Shown here piece after piece: positions 62,533 to 64,000 of a stretch of DNA of 64,000 bases. Position 1 is the first letter of the stretch; the number at the start of each line of letters is the position of its first letter. Below the pieces are notes generated by a model. That model was not told the origin of the DNA and did not search any database. It worked only from the letters and a program-made list of their open reading frames with translations. The stretch is from Phoronis australis (Eukaryota > Animalia > Phoronida): NCBI GenBank assembly GCA_002633005.1, contig NMRA01000531.1, positions 2,437 through 66,436 of the forward strand, given 5' to 3'. The translations under genes were made by a program, and so were the position numbers.

Positions 62533-63300
62533 TTTTTTTTTTTTTTAATGTTTATTACGAAATCTTCAGAATACAATGAATATACATAACCCAGAAAGTG
62601 CCAAGAGGCATTAGATCTGGGTAAAAAAATAAAAAGAAGTCTATATACAATGATTATATGCGAATACATAAATAAAAAAACTGATGTTAAGAATACAATG
62701 ATATATGACAACGAATGAAAATAATTCATTTTCATACAGATGTATAAAATTCTATCCACTCACACAAAGAGATTTTGTTATAAAGAAATTCTGCTACTAT
62801 TTCAAATAAACCTTATTTTCGTTTGAGTTAAGTTCTTGACATCCATACAGAAAGAAATTAATTTTGTTGTACAATTGCGGAATTTCAGAATATTTTTTAT
62901 AAACATTGGGGTATTGTTCGAGTGCCTGGAACAGCTGTACCCTCTCCTCCTTGCATACCTCACAAGCAAAGAAAACATGAGGATATGTCTGGGTATCTCC
63001 ACAGGAACACAGAGGCGAAATATTATTAAAATTATGTCTAAATTTCTCGTTGTTTGGGAATAGACCACATCTTAGTTTAGTAATAAACTCATTTCTTCAG
63101 AAAGTATAACTTGGTGATTCTGATACATGTATTGTATTTTACTATAAGCAAGAGACATTTGAACACATTTTTACAGTTATTACAGTTACTAATTCTAAAG
63201 AAGATGGACTCTGGAAAATAGCAATATTCATGAAAAGAGACAATGTTAGTTTGAACACGTGTTGCATAGTTGTCACGGTCAACATTCAAGAACAAAAAAC
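62533..63300 (-). mobile_element. 5'-truncated CR1-group LINE 3' end with poly(A) tail
   Basis: Frameshifted ORF2 C-terminus SPLCSCG...HVFFACEVCKEERVQLFQAL...FLYGCQELNSNENKV (CCHC knuckle), then a 3' UTR ending AATAAACATT(A)15. The 5' boundary is approximate. Confidence 0.75.
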
Positions 63301-63579
63301 AGAACAACTGGATTGAAAAGCGGGACTTCAGGTTAAAAGCAGGACATCTGGGTGTAAGCCAAAACGTAAGGGTAAAATATTCGCTGCAACACACAAAGAT
63401 ACATCGACAGTGATTTTTGTCGAACACCCAAAAATGGTCCCACAGCGTTTTATTTTATAGCTGTTGTTTTATAGATGAAGGAGAAATTGTGGTGTCGCAA
63501 ACACCCATGAAACATCCCGTTATTTTCTTTTTAGCAGAGCGAAAAATATGGCTATGTCGCAAGGAAAATTAGAATAGTA

Positions 63580-64000
63580 CCGTATTTGCCCTAATAACCA
63601 CGCACGCCCCTAAAAGTGGGCCCCCACGCGTATTCAGACTTTGCTGAAATAAGCGCTCAGCCCATGAACATGTACATGCGAAAAATGCCTTACCTACAGG
63701 GCTAAAATTGCACAGTAATTTGTCAACGAAATCTGACAGTCCTTGAAAATTATTGTGCGCAGAATTTCTAGACCACCAGCCTCGCCGCTATAAGTCGGTA
63801 TTTAGGCGTGACTAAACTTCCGCCATGCTCTAAAATGAACGCAAGTTTTGCCGATCTCGCGAGGAACGTGTCCCACTGTGGTCTGGCCTTTCAGAACAGA
63901 CACAGCGTACATGTCAACGGGATTGAATCTATCCCGTACAGATTCCACATCTTCTCCCCCAGTCAACAGGATTCCAAAGTTCTTTGTAGGCTACATGTAA
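63580..64000. mobile_element. Possible left end of a pogo/Tc-type MITE running off the window
   Basis: TA|CCGTATTTGCCCTAATAACCACGCACGCCCCTAAAAG resembles CCGTA-type TIRs. The partner end is not visible. Confidence 0.35.

Overview
Eukaryotic (metazoan, probably marine invertebrate; taxon inferred only from repeat style) draft-assembly DNA. It is AT-rich, with a 789-N gap (13456-14244) and single-N joins. The right half holds the 3' part of a Dopey/DOP1 gene on the minus strand: 14 GT-AG coding exons from 62012 to the stop at 30918-30920. Their splice phases chain into one open frame of about 779 aa, and the 5' exons lie beyond the window. The rest is intergenic or intronic DNA dense in decayed and nested transposons: an L1/Tx1-type RT relic, a CR1-type LINE 3' end, a 5-kb TTAA-flanked Sola3-like element, a hAT MITE containing an IS3EU-like MITE, a 3.2-kb CAC-terminated element with a 5-bp TSD carrying C2H2 zinc-finger relics, a Harbinger-like MITE containing a palindromic Crypton-like insert, a 120-bp foldback P-like MITE and a pearl/HINE-type element. 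Most ORF-track entries are spurious. The best leads are a candidate 24-nt DOP1 microexon, a 39-bp minisatellite that multiplies a DOP1 splice donor, the Transib-like zinc-finger-carrying element, and a duplicated signal-peptide/TM-like exon unit at 17-20 kb. No wholly new system can be established from the sequence alone.
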